DNA of 60,084 bases, filler included, from Sanchytrium tribonematis (Eukaryota): the NCBI GenBank assembly GCA_018985235.1. It is 4 parts of 4 records of this genome, joined end to end, with 100 filler letters (N's around TTAATTAATTAA, not from the genome) between each part and the next. Parts side by side here need not be neighbours in the genome. Positions count along the whole stretch, not along the records: positions 30,206 to 45,164 come from JADGIG010000161.1; positions 45,265 to 60,084 come from JADGIG010000162.1; 2 more parts are not named here. One strand, given 5' to 3'. Numbering within the stretch: the stretch's first letter is position 1; the number at the start of each line of letters is the position of its first letter. The notes under the pieces are model-generated. The model was not told the origin of the DNA and ran no database searches. It saw nothing but the letters and a program-made list of their open reading frames with translations. This document shows, one piece after another, positions 44,132 through 56,767 of the stretch. A program made the translations under genes and the position numbers.

Positions 44132-45164
44132 TTATCCCAAGCTCTTTGCAAAATCAATGAGTCTTTTGATACCAATTAACCATGCACTAGCTTCTTGAGA
44201 ATGGGTGGCGTTTAACTGAACTTGCATTTGAAGCGCACCAGGGAAGTTTTTCTGTTCCAATGCTTTTGCTATACCAAGAAGACCTTGGCCAACGGGTTCA
44301 CTTACTAATTCATTGTTTAATTTGTCAAATAAATCATTCAATCGTTTTTCTATATCGTCTATTATTCGTTTCTGAGGGGGTGCAACTTTTCCAGCTACAT
44401 GCTTTAATACATTTGTAAAGACAGCCAAAAGTGGTTTATATTTAGGTGGAATATGAGATCTGTCTCCAGGTGCTACATTATAATAAAATACGGTATTTCT
44501 GCTGAGAAGGATTGCCTGAAGGTCTTTGAGCAGCTCGCTGAGCAGGACTTGGTCCTCGTGGTGGCTGATATCCAGTAGGCTGAGCTTGTTGAGGTTGTTG
44601 GGAGGGTTGATTTCCCTGTGGTTGTGGCATTTGTTGCTGTTGAGTACCTTTGCTTTTCCTTCTAGGTCTAACATTTGTAACATCGGGTGCATCATTCCAG
44701 CCACTTGCATTTGAAGTTGGGCGAACATATGTTGGACCACTAGGTGGAGCAAAAGACTGTTGCTGTTGACCCTGGAAGCCTTGATTCGATGGCTGTGGAG
44801 GCTGGAACCCAGTTGGCTGAGGTGGTTGAAATCCCTGAGTATTTGGTTGAGGAGGCTGAAAAGTCTGACTATTTGCTTGAGAAGCTTGATATCCTGGTTG
44901 CGGCGGAGTGAATCCGGTTGGCTGAGGTGGTTGAAAGCCACTTGGTTGTGGAGGTTGGAAACCTTGACCAGCTGGTTGAGGTGGCTGGTATCCAGAAGGT
45001 TGAGGTGGTTGATACCCTGAAGGCTGTGGCGGTTGATAACTATTTGGCTGTGGCGGTTGAAAGCCTTGTGACGGTGGAGATTGTTGATAACTTGGTTGGG
45101 CTGGTTGATAGCCAGAAGATTGTGACGGCTGGTATGTTTGCGGTTGGTAATTGTTGCTAGCAGG
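44132..45164 (-). CDS. SEC31: COPII coat Sec31, C-terminal part (5' end cut by linker)
   Basis: P/Q-rich region; the 19-nt intron at 44473-44491 yields KYPPGDRSHIP; then DIEKRLNDLFDKLNN and WLIGIKRLI. Confidence 0.88.
44775..45160 (-). repeat. Coding tandem repeat QPPQPxG[FY] in the Sec31 proline-rich region
   Basis: Roughly ten imperfect ggttgaggtggttga/ggctgtggcggttga units on the + strand. Confidence 0.75.
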
Positions 45165-45264
45165 NNNNNNNNNNNNNNNNNNNNNNNNNNNNNNNNNNNN
45201 NNNNNNNNTTAATTAATTAANNNNNNNNNNNNNNNNNNNNNNNNNNNNNNNNNNNNNNNNNNNN
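45165..45264. other. Artificial contig linker
   Basis: N44-TTAATTAATTAA-N44. Confidence 0.97.
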
Positions 45265-45853
45265 CAGCTGCATTTTTAATTGTAATAAAAGCAACAGAAT
45301 CTGACATGGCTCCTAGTCCGTAAAACAAATGCTTGTTATCCTCAGTGTTAAATCTAGCGAATCTCCTTGTATTTTCATGCTTTATCTTGATTTCCGTATT
45401 TTGATAATAACCTGACGGCAACTTTGGTGCATTTGACCCATGCACATATATTATCATATCATTATCACTGAATGTTTTTCCTTTAAATGTTTCTACATTT
45501 AATATTTTTTCTGTTTGCCTCATATCGTCAATTACAAAATAAAATGGTATTTGGAAGTTTATTAATTTACGTTTCATCCAAAACGCCGTATCTATATTTC
45601 CAATTTGAGTGGGGCCCTTTGGTGACTTGACTAGACTGAGAGTAGTCTCAATACTTAGGCGCGTTTGTTGTAGCTGTAAGGGCTCTACCGGCCATCCCAC
45701 CAAACAATTTCAACTCTCGTAGAATGCTCCTTCAGCTTCTTCTGACCACCCTGACTCGGTGTCAGATGTCTCATCAATAATAATTACACTATTGCATTCA
45801 TCAAAGTCACTTATTTGACTTCTATCACTGTCATCGTATTCAATTAAGTCCAT
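45265..45853 (-). pseudogene. Unknown ORF interrupted by an in-frame TGA, truncated at contig edge
   Basis: ATG at 45853 (MDLIEYDDSD...) is in frame with the 45703 ORF through a single TGA. Confidence 0.3.
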
Positions 45854-47399
45854 AAAGAAGATTATTATTGTAAAGAACGTAATTATTTGGGGAAAAATCT
45901 TTTTATATAGCTAATAGAAGCTTCTAGTGTCATCTCGTAACTTTCATCTAACCTCTGATTGGCTAAATTGGGTCTTTGTACCCGATTACAAGGTGACTGT
46001 ACCATACAAAGTCGATCACATGTCTTTTGTCCCAATCGGGTAAATTTTTCTGACATCTTTCCGAGTTGATTTGCTTCTGATAATTAGGATCATCACCTAA
46101 TTTGAAAGTAGATCCTACAGCGTTTTTTTATTTATCGCAAAAATTTTTTTTCAAATAGCTGACAATGCAAGTGATTTAAAAACAACGTATGTAACATTTG
46201 GCCATTGCGGGGCCGCACTTGCCGTAGGCGCATCTACTTCATAAAGGGAGAAACTCGTGCTTCTGCTATAGCAAACGAATCAAAGAATTAAAATCGAATC
46301 GGTCTAAAATTGACGTTTCTTTAGATCATTTGAGGAGAAAGATTTGAAAATGAATTAGAAAAAGCAGTTGGAATTAAGGTCTCTAAATAATTCTAGATCG
46401 CAGTTATATTTGCACAAAATATAGCTTTTGCATCCAGTCGTCTACTTTGCGTTTTATTTCTTGTATATCAACCTTAGCCATCTCAACGACTTTGATATAC
46501 GCCTTGACATACATCTGGTTTGTTTGTTCCTTGTTCTAAGCCTAGCAGCTGAACAAGGATTTTGTGTAATGCGGTACACGCATTTACTGTGTTGCGGATC
46601 TTTCATGTCTCAAACTAAAAGCTATCTCAAATACATCCGGCACACGTGTTGATGGTAGTTTACTAATCAATATTATGCTGATTTGCCACTATTAGGGCAA
46701 CTTGACGACATTCGGGACCGTTCTATGGAAATAAACAACTCGGATGACAATACAAATCCCCTTATTTTCCTTGCCAACCAGTCAACAACTTTACCTTTTA
46801 AATAGAAAGCAATCAGATGGGGAGTTGTGATCTCTTCGGGAATTTTGAAAAAAAAACAGGGATCGCTAAACGAATTAATTTTCAAAAATGGTCTTTCATA
46901 TCTCTTTGTACTTGATACTAGACCCCATGCACAAACTGACTCAATGTTTAAAAACAATCACACAATTATTTCAAGTTGCCCAATAATATCAGATAATGTA
47001 GGACAGTCGATACTGAAAAAGAACCCTTTCAAACGAGCGCCATGCACTGTAGCTATTCAGTTATCCCGCAACGTTTGTATCAGTGGCTTGTACTTTGCTC
47101 CCGCGTTACTATCACAGATTTGGATTTGCAATCATTTTTATTGAAAATCCTATACCTATCACAAATTTTTAGTCATTTCTACACATCTGGCAACTTTAAT
47201 GCTACATTGCAGAAATTAAGCAAATCAACAACTCATTTTTTGTTATTAGAAAGGCTGGAATAGAGTTTGCTAAACACCAAGGACTAGCGTCTTGTGATAA
47301 AGACCATACAATTACCAATGTGCCTCCCTCAACAACAGGCTTTGAGATTGAAGTCATTTTATTTCACTTGATTACCCGTCTGTCACTGACATAGACATT

Positions 47400-48362
47400 A
47401 AATTTACTCAATCAGGAATTAAGTGACCATTTGCCACTGGTAAAGTTTACCAGTTAAATTGGCTCTAAAGTTAATGATATTTTTGAACAAATGGTAATTA
47501 AAGATGTTAGAAAATTATACGATGTTTTAAAGGATTTCCATGAGGTCAGCATGGAGTTACAAGCTAAAGACACCACAGTGGATGCATTATCATTATTTAA
47601 TCAATTGTATATCAAATATCCTCATGGAACTCCATTAGCTACTGACTATTCAAGACTGAGACTAAATAACGATTTTATTAATGGTATTGGAAAGATTCAG
47701 ACACAGCAAGAATTGAATTTGTCTGATGCTGAGAAACTGGCATGCATTGCATTCTTGATACCTAAACCTGGCAGCGTTTAGGAGCGAAATAATATCATTG
47801 AAAAAGAGGAAATTAAAGAAAGTATTATTGAACTTGCAAGATCAAATGTAAACCCAAAATCCAAAGACACAGAATATCTGTTACTTGATTATATTGCTCC
47901 AACAACATGCATTGTGGAGCGTTGCTTTAGCAGTTTAAAATTAGTGCTTCTTTCTTATTTAGCTTTGTGATGAGAGAAGAAATCGCACACTTCCAGCTAC
48001 AATGCAAGCTCGAGCTTTTTTAAAATTAAACAGATCGATTTGGAATTCTAAAACAGTGGAAAAAGTGTGTTCAGCAAAGAGTTCAAAAAAGAAAAAGAAA
48101 TAAATTTGTGGTATTGAGAAACAATATATTCAGTTCCTTGGTATTGCATCGCAATACTCTAGCAATACCTACAGTTTATGGTATTGCACTAAAGTACTAT
48201 ATTCAATAGAATTGTGAGTATTGCAGGTATTGGTTACTTTTTTGAATTCAGGTATTGGTATTGCTAATTTTTGAAAAAGAAGTATTGGGTATTGCAAAAT
48301 CCCAAAAGTTCTAGCAATACCTTTTGCAATATTTTTTGGACGGGTATTGCACGGTCACACTG
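47400..48362 (+). mobile_element. 3' part of a decayed hAT DNA transposon with its right terminus
   Basis: LKDFHEVSMELQ...LSDAEK, then IAPTTCIVERCFS and FLKLNRSIW (hATC dimerisation domain). 13 GTATTG/CAATAC subterminal motifs in 48111-48349. The end reads 5'-CAGTGTGACCGTGCAATAC on the - strand. Left boundary approximate. Confidence 0.75.
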
Positions 48363-49299
48363 TTGTAAACACAACTCAATTACCTAGGGCGCAGATCTTT
48401 CCTTTAATGAACCAAATTACAGATTTCATTTATTATCAAAGGAAAATGCTTTACTAAACAATAATATAAACTACAAGCAACTATATCAAAATGTGTTAGA
48501 GATAAACCCATCAACAATAGTCATGCTTCAACAATTTGATTTTTCAACATCAGAGGCATTAAATCAAGCCCTCGATCAATCCATAGGAATGCGTACGGCC
48601 CCAAGATCAAAGTCTTTTCCATTTCTGAATTTCTTCAAGGTCTATCAAATTCATTATTTCTAGTCCACTAGAATAATACTCCATTTATCGTGACTTCTCA
48701 AACAAAGTGAAAAGAATGAGCAAATTCGCTACAAAACTACAAACAAATGACATCAACTCACATGTAATGCAGTTTAATCGTCATTTCACAAAGCATGACG
48801 CACCCATACCACTTCGATATTATCTGGACTAATGCGTTGATAGAGTTATCAACCTCAAAGTGATATGTTCTGTTAAACCACTCATAAAATCCAATACAAG
48901 TTATTTATTAATTCCAATGACTTCTTTTATAATCACTCTTAATAAGTGGCTCTTTTGTGGAAAATTAAAATTTGTTGAGATTGGCAAGAAATCCATGCCT
49001 GCTAAGTAAAATTGAGTATCTGATGAGTTACACTATGTAATACTTAATAGCTCCTCGCTAATATTAGAACATCATCAGCGTAAATAAATAAGTATCCCCT
49101 GATATTTTGGTTATGATAGTGTGCTTAAATGTGGTCTCAATAGTTTCTATACTTAAATATAAGTAATGCATCTCTTATTAGTTCTGCAGATTTGGTGGTC
49201 ACTAAAAGTGGCCAATTTCGACTGTTGCTGTGAAAGTGATTGGCTTGATAATTTCTGGTTAGTTCCAAGTCACATTAAAAGTGATTTGGTGCTTGAGTA

Positions 49300-50805
49300 T
49301 TTTTTCTTAGGCGACAAAGTTCAATAAAGCACTTGTTGGCAATATTTTCATTATTTTGTAGACAGTTCTTAAAATCGTGTCTTTTTTGTTCTGCTGTTAA
49401 TTTGCGCATTTTGACATCAATTAGCTTAAGTTCTTTTTTAATTTAGTTATTTGAGAAGCAGACTGGTGTTTTTCCTGAGTTTTTTTCTCAGCTGATTTCT
49501 TTTTTTGGGCCAGATTTGAGATATTTGTGTCGTGTGAAAACAGCGAAACAATTTTCAGAATATCTTTAGTTCCAAGTATCTTAATGCTTGATTATTGCGT
49601 AATTGCACTACTTATAGAGTCCCATTATTCAGTAGTGGACGATGTATTGCAAATTCCTTGCATTTTTTTAAACTTGTTCCACCAGATTTGTTAGAAAGCA
49701 ATGTAAATTGAGGGGCTTGCAGTTTCTAAATTTCAATCAGTTTCAGAACATTCTCCGATTTTGATCGCAGTTGGTCTACATATAATACTGTTTGATACGA
49801 TACGATATTCATAAAACTACCATCCAAAATCGCGTCTAGACTTTTAACGCTCTGCTCTTTTCTCCAGTTGTCTGGAATTACAGCATGTTTTAACTTAAAA
49901 TTAGTAAACTTGCGAAATTCTATTTGAGAAGAAGCAGCATCAAATCTATGAAAACCAATGACACAAGAAAGATCAGCCAATTACTCGTCTTCAGTCAAGC
50001 GTCTATTCAGAATCATCAATTTTTGAATTAATGGACCAGCATGAAAAATATTCTCTTTTTCAGCCCCAGTTTCGGGTGAAAGACTATTTTTAAGTTGATC
50101 ATTCAAAGAAGCAACAAAATCGTCATATGAAAGAGATTTAAGATGTTACTAATTGCACTACTGCGATGTGTCAATGGTTGCTTGAATGGACTTGTGCATG
50201 CGATGTCAATAAATTGACCTTAAAGCTATACCGTTTCAATTATAGTCGCTTCATGACATGTATTGGGACAGTACATATTATAAATCCATCAGATTTTAAC
50301 AAATCTAATAGTAGATACAATGAATGATACTTCTCGATTGATGTATTCATTTTTGAGGTAATTTGACTTTCCAATTGAGCTTGAGGCGTCTCATTGACTC
50401 GATCTGTAACGGATGGGGTATCTGTATTTTTAAAGTCATCTTGATTTCCAATTTCACTGTCCATGTCTAATATTTGAATATCAGAGTTGATAGCTGCTAA
50501 TTTCTCACTGCTGCCTGAGCTACAAGTGGCAAATTTAGACCATTTGATCGATCGACGAATTCCCATTCGGGGAACTTTCCTCCATGTGTTTGTATTCTGC
50601 TCCAGTAGTTTTATTATTTCGCCCTACCTCTTGATAATGACTCTGCCTCCCAGCGCAAACCTGGTTGCTTTCTTTTCAATGCGTCGTAGATTAGATTATA
50701 ATTGGTTACGTGGCTTTTCCATGTAGTATCGGTAATGTCAATTTGATTGTCAATTAAGAAGTCTCGCAGTGCCTCACAATACTCTCTGATCTCGGTTGGG
50801 TCCAT
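49300..50805 (-). pseudogene. Fragmented ORF of unknown origin
   Basis: Co-oriented ORF pieces at 50614-50805, 50240-50566 and 49726-49980 separated by stops/frameshifts; no recognised motif. Confidence 0.3.
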
Positions 50806-52100
50806 TTATTTAACTGAATCACTTGCCCCTAGAAGATAAATAAAAAATACTATTAAGGTCGTTTATTTTGGATTTATTTACCCAATTTAAAGCCTGCTCC
50901 AAAATACATTACTACCAAAACAATGTTGAATGATATTATAGATGTTCTCATTTCAAAAGATTTTCTTGTAAACAAAGATTTTAAATTCTTTCTGTTTTGA
51001 GTTCCAACGCCCATGGCAATCTCGAAAATTTAAATAAAGTTGGGATTGAGACTCACTATCAAACAATTAAAAGGATATAATTATTTACCGCCTAAAGTAC
51101 ATTGAAAACTACACGAATGACTTACTTGGGTCAATTGCAAGCTTTTGGGGTATTCAAATCATTTTAGTTCAGCCAATACTACAGTCAATACTGATACGGA
51201 AGTGAAAATTTACCGTAAAAACACACGGTGAATTTACAAACAATGGTAACTGTAAACTAACTGAAAATAAAATTTTCAACAATATGCAGTGTAAAACCAA
51301 TGATTCTGTCTTCACTGTTTGTAGCGTTTTGCAACGCATCATTTTTAATTTGAAAAACAAATTTGACATGTAAACCAAATTGATTGTACCGCGATGAGTG
51401 ATTTCAACTATTTGATCAAGAGCTCGATCTGTGGTCACGAATCTACTTTATCAATTCCGTTTAAAAATTGACAATACATCTCATTCCACCCATTTTCATC
51501 TTTTGACTCCGCTTGCGGCATTTAGATCAATTTATCTAAACTGTTATAGGATTTGTCAAATATCGAGATCACAATTTATGTAAATCTGTTTTATAAAATA
51601 TATGCTTGTTGTAAATGTATTTATTCTGTGAATTAATTTTTGTTCATAAATGACATCGCTTCGGTCTAAAATTCCTAAATAATTACAATTTAAATAATAT
51701 TGAAAATAACTGGATGCTGCTACAATTGCTGTTGATTGTATTTTTCCGCCAATCTACTGATCTCAATTGGACTAGATGGATTGATTGGTGCTTCCATGTT
51801 GAAGAATAATATACAAAGATTGTAAATGTTGTTTACAAGTAATTACTGGCAAATGGCTATTTTCAGGTAATAAATCAGACTAGATGATTAAAAGTACACT
51901 GAAACTTCACATGAGTGCTTTATGGCATATTCCAATGTTAAATTGTGAAAGTCGATGGAAGCCAGCTATCCGGGTGACTTGAACATCGGATTATGCAAGG
52001 GAGATCCACGTGTTCAATCGCAACTTAATCATTCTAAATTTGCAAAATATGTTGATCCAATGAAATATTGAATCCTGTGGCAATCAAAGTCGTGCTTTCA

Positions 52101-52215
52101 GGCGCTACTCGTTCGGGGGTGGTACTCTGTTCAAATATAGATTGTTTTTGAAAGTCTTGTTTTCTGGCGCGCCTCGTTCGAAGGTGGTACTCTGTTCAAA
52201 TATAGATTGTTTTTG
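52101..52215. repeat. Two-copy tandem repeat, 65-bp period
   Basis: Identical 33-bp core ggtggtactctgttcaaatatagattgtttttg at 52118-52150 and 52183-52215. Confidence 0.85.
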
Positions 52216-54329
52216 TTAAGTCTCTGTCTTTTAGCAGCTTGTTCACTAGAAGCGGGTGATCGGTGCGAATGTTTTGGCAACAAAGATCTCAAATGTTTCA
52301 TTGCATGAATATGGGGTTGACTGTTTGTTCTGCGTAATAAACTTGATTTGAATATGATTCAAACTTTTAACACTGAAAATATCGTGAGCAAACAACACAT
52401 TTTGTTGCCTTAATTCAATTCAAATATCATCCTTTTTATAATCAGTGAGAGACTTAATTGGGTCTTTCCATGGATTAAATTGTGGTTTGGGGTTTGGTTG
52501 GATCCGTTCAATCAGGACTTTTGTGGAAAACATTAAATACAAATAGATATATGAATGAATCAGGAGATTATTGGAAAAACAGTGTCCATATTTAGAATGC
52601 TCTAATTTAGACATTCTTTCGGATTTATAGATTTGCGTTGAAATAAAACACAGTGGACTCAATGTAAACGTTTGAGCATTTTAACATTTCCAAAAATTGT
52701 ATCTTGGCAGTATCACTATAAACAATGCAACTTAATTCTATGCCATTGTTCAAAGCAGGATAGATTCAATATACAAGAAATGATGCTTCACCTCTGATGA
52801 CTTTACATAGCTTCAGCTAGATGTTAGCCGTGAAGTAACTCAAAAAAGCGATAAGTGAGTATTGACTGGCGAACAAACTTTAATTATCTTTTAATAACAA
52901 AAGGTTAATAATTGTTAATTTAATGGACAATACAATGGTGAATTCCAAAAATTTGCAAATCATTAAGCGAGTCATCAAGCATCAATAAATTTTAATTTGT
53001 TATAAAATTCTATATTTTCTTACGATTTCAAGCTGTTATTGATGCCAAATTCATACTTTAGTTAATTTTAGTACTTTTAGGTATTTGTTGCACTCAGTCA
53101 GAATCTATTTCAACAAATACTAGCTCCATCGGACAATTCCTTTTAATTTCTCAACCCTTTTTAAAACTAAGGTCAATCGGAATTCGAGACTTTTAAAAAT
53201 TCAACCATCCACTTTTAGCTTTTTCAATGAAATCAAGCATATTCATAAAATCTATTTAACCAAATTATAGCGCAAACTTTGCGTTCCAATATATTCAAAT
53301 GCTGCGATATCAAGGCACTGTAAATTTATTTGCGCTTGATCAGATTATTCTTTGTGGTGAGACTGCTGTGTAGATTGATAGTGCTCATACTAAACTGTAC
53401 AAGAAAAAGGCACTAAAGTTGTGCCAATTTTGGGCTTAAAAGCTGTTATTTTGCTGAGAATTGTATGGATTTACATATTGCGAAGCAAAAATAAATTGGT
53501 GAAGCGGGTTTTGAAAAATTAAGGGATGAAGGGTGCAAGGGTGCAATTACTACAATATTGTTGAATGCATCAAACAAGGCTCTCAATAAGAAGCTGATAA
53601 TCTGACTCAAAATTTGATGATTACAGATGAAAGTGTCATTAGCTAAAGTGGCCCTGACATGTTCATATCCATTAAACATGCGCAATTACACTCTTTGTAA
53701 TTCGCTCTACAACTATTGGTGTACGTAGATGCACCAACATCTACACAATAAATGTCGTAAAAGAGAAAATTTGAAGTGAAGACCATTATTAATAAGTTAC
53801 TTATTTATTTGCGAGGCCCTTGCGCTTATATACCTTTTTTAGAGCACATGCTTATTTGATTGGTATCCAAACCTTATTAGACGACTTGGATCTTGTTTTA
53901 ATCTGATTAGTCTGTTTATATTATTTCGTTGGATGTGGCATCAGCGAGGAATAAATTATTGAATATGAGGAAATGAGTTTAGACAATTGTATTAAATTAT
54001 CCAAAGTCAAATCCATCAAAATGTTAAGTTCTTCATCTGTAAAGCCTTTAAATTTTGCTTTTAAGTATCAGTCTGATGAAATTACAAAAGCACCAGAAAG
54101 TATTTACAAACAATCATCCAGCCAAATTAATTAAAGTTAATTAACAGATACATTAGACGTGACAATAAGAACTATGTACGGGCTTGTTAAATTTGCACAA
54201 AACCTAATAGTATACTAGGTGCTCATCAATGTAGAAAATGTAAAAGAGCAGTTCACCAGAAATGCTGCGTGAAATATGTGAAATAAAAATCATCTAATTC
54301 AAAACAACATATCATAGCTGATTCTGAAT

Positions 54330-54660
54330 TTAAAGATGTCATGGCACACTTACCAAATAGAAAGGCTTATGGTATGAATGATATTCCTAATGAAGGCATT
54401 CCTTATGGAGGTTCCCTTTTTCAATTAGTTTTAAAAAATACTTGCGAAAAATGATAAATTATGGATTTGCTCCCACTCAAATGAGATCACCAACACTTAT
54501 TCAAGTACCAAAAAATCCATGCCCTACTTCTATTATGGAATGTAGACCAATATCATTGTTATTTACTCTCAGAAATTGCTATAAAATATATTTAAATTTC
54601 TCACTAAAACAAATAGCAGTATACATGATGCAATTACACATCTTTAACACCCAATAAACA
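54330..54660 (+). mobile_element. Non-LTR retrotransposon RT fragment
   Basis: LPNRKAYGMNDIPNE and IQVPK...CRPISLL (RT domains 0-2), frameshifted. Confidence 0.7.
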
Positions 54661-54779
54661 CAAAGTCTAGATATAATCAGGAAATTCAATACATTAGTGT
54701 TGAATCATTCTCAGTTTCACGTTGTGTTGTTGCAAAGCAAAAATGTATTAGATTTAATTCACGTGAGGAATTGGGACAA

Positions 54780-55537
54780 TTTATTGCTATTTGCTAGTGC
54801 ATTGGACCCTCGATTTTACAAATCGATATTTGCATGAATTCATACCGCGTAAAATGAAGTCGGCTATTGGTAATTGATATTCACTTAGAATTTACTTCTC
54901 ATTTAAACTCATTTTTACGCAGTAACTTCGCTTTCTCTTTTCCCTTTTAAACTTGACATTGTACTCTCTGTAACCGGTACAATGTCACACACCCCAACAT
55001 CTGACGTATCACTAGAAGTACAAACAGGATCATGTGATTCCAATTCAATACAAATCATCTTGCACATCTCTCCTTTAATTTGATTCACAGATGACGATTT
55101 TAAATTCCCAATTTTACCACTCAAATCTGAAAATTCGGCACTTCTCACTTTTTTGACAATGCCTTAAATGTTTTTATCACATAATTTTGATTCACTACTA
55201 CAAATATTTGGGATCAATTGGACTCAGAGAGGAAGAAGTAGATTTATTAAAGGAAAATATGTAACGACAGAGACGAGATTCGAAAACAATTTCACTGTTG
55301 AGCAAGAAATAGACTCTTTTCTTCGAATTAGCTATGAATAATAGATGATTTGCCATGCTGCCAAGAATTTATTTGACAAAAAAGAAATTGGATGTGTTAG
55401 CAGAAAAATCAGTCGATCCGGAACACGCCTTTTCTTTGGCAACTTTTATATTGAACAAGTATACAAATAGATTAGCACCTGAGAAATTAAAACTTAAAAC
55501 GCAAGCCAAAACACACTTAAAGCACTTCATAAACTAA
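54780..55537 (+). mobile_element. Second hAT transposase remnant
   Basis: ASALDPRF (~54795) and SVDPEHAFSLATFILNKYTNRLAPE (hATC-like). Confidence 0.55.
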
Positions 55538-56767
55538 AATTTAACTTATGTCACCTAAACATGCGTTCTATCACTATAATATCCATGGATATCAGCTTGA
55601 AATTTGACAAAATAGTTCAATATTGGATTTTGGGAACTACATATTATCAAATTGTCTTGATATATCAAACTAGTAACTCTAGTGCTCTGTCTCCGGCTCT
55701 GTTTGCGTTTTTTTTAATGTCTTCCTATTCTATCAAACACTAAAATGCATTTCTGCTGTTTTATGCAGACCATATTACAATAGCGCCATTAATTGTTTCT
55801 TATTTTAATCAATACAATGTATAAATTATACAAAAACACAACATAAAGCATACTCGTAAGCATTTTCAAAACCACTGAATACAACAAATGATAGATCTTA
55901 ATTTGGACTTGTGTGATGATGGTGGAATTGATTTTAATGCCTCGATTTTAGACGGATTGGGTTTTAAGCCTGTGGGTATTAAAACAAAGCCTAAAAATGG
56001 CAGTTACCAGACTGCAAAGACGCATTTGGATTTCTTAAGTACTAAATCATTTTGACGCCACATTTTGAACACAATATTCAACTGAAATAAATGCTGCTCT
56101 ATATTATGGGGAAAGAATATCGTCAATGTAAACTAAAATACATCGAAGATGACCAATTAATGAAGTCATTAGTTCTTGAACTTCTTTTGATACTGTAGAA
56201 ATACCCATTGGCATTTTTTAAAATTAAACTTGGGTGTTAAACCAATACGGGGACGAAAACTTCTTTACAAAAATTTTCGGATACGCTACAATAAGCAAAT
56301 CTGCCCACATTTTAACAGTTTACATAACTAAATTAGCATTTGGGACTTTAATAAAGCTCATTCTACTAAAATTGCATATTAATTGCACCAAAAACGACGT
56401 TAAAATTGTCAAAAACAAATTAAAAAATCTAGAAAAATACAATTGTTTTTCCAATCACGGTGATCTTTGTACCACTCACATGATTGCACAGACTACTCCT
56501 TTCACTTTAGATCACATTCTAAAAATATGTCATCTCGTTTTCATAATTCATTTTAGCGGCGAGATATTCTCGAAATATGAAAATTCAAATTTGCATTGCC
56601 AAATCTCAGTAGATTGTGTTTATAAAGCCAACGCATCTCGATACAGTTTTTGGTATGCATTTGTAACTCAATCATGCTTTCAAAACAAAATATATTTATG
56701 TCACACTCATCCAATTTTTTTTCTGTTTAGCTCATACAATGAAAAAACTATTGATTTCAAATTGGAA

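Noticed and set aside
46673..47150. Possible integrase remnant on the - strand (YYWAT...)
   Set aside because: Too degenerate; no convincing HHCC or DDE motifs.
52101..52215. CRISPR-like repeat-spacer-repeat (33-bp repeat, 32-bp gap)
   Set aside because: Only two copies, the flanks are themselves homologous (tandem duplication), the context is eukaryotic and there are no cas genes.
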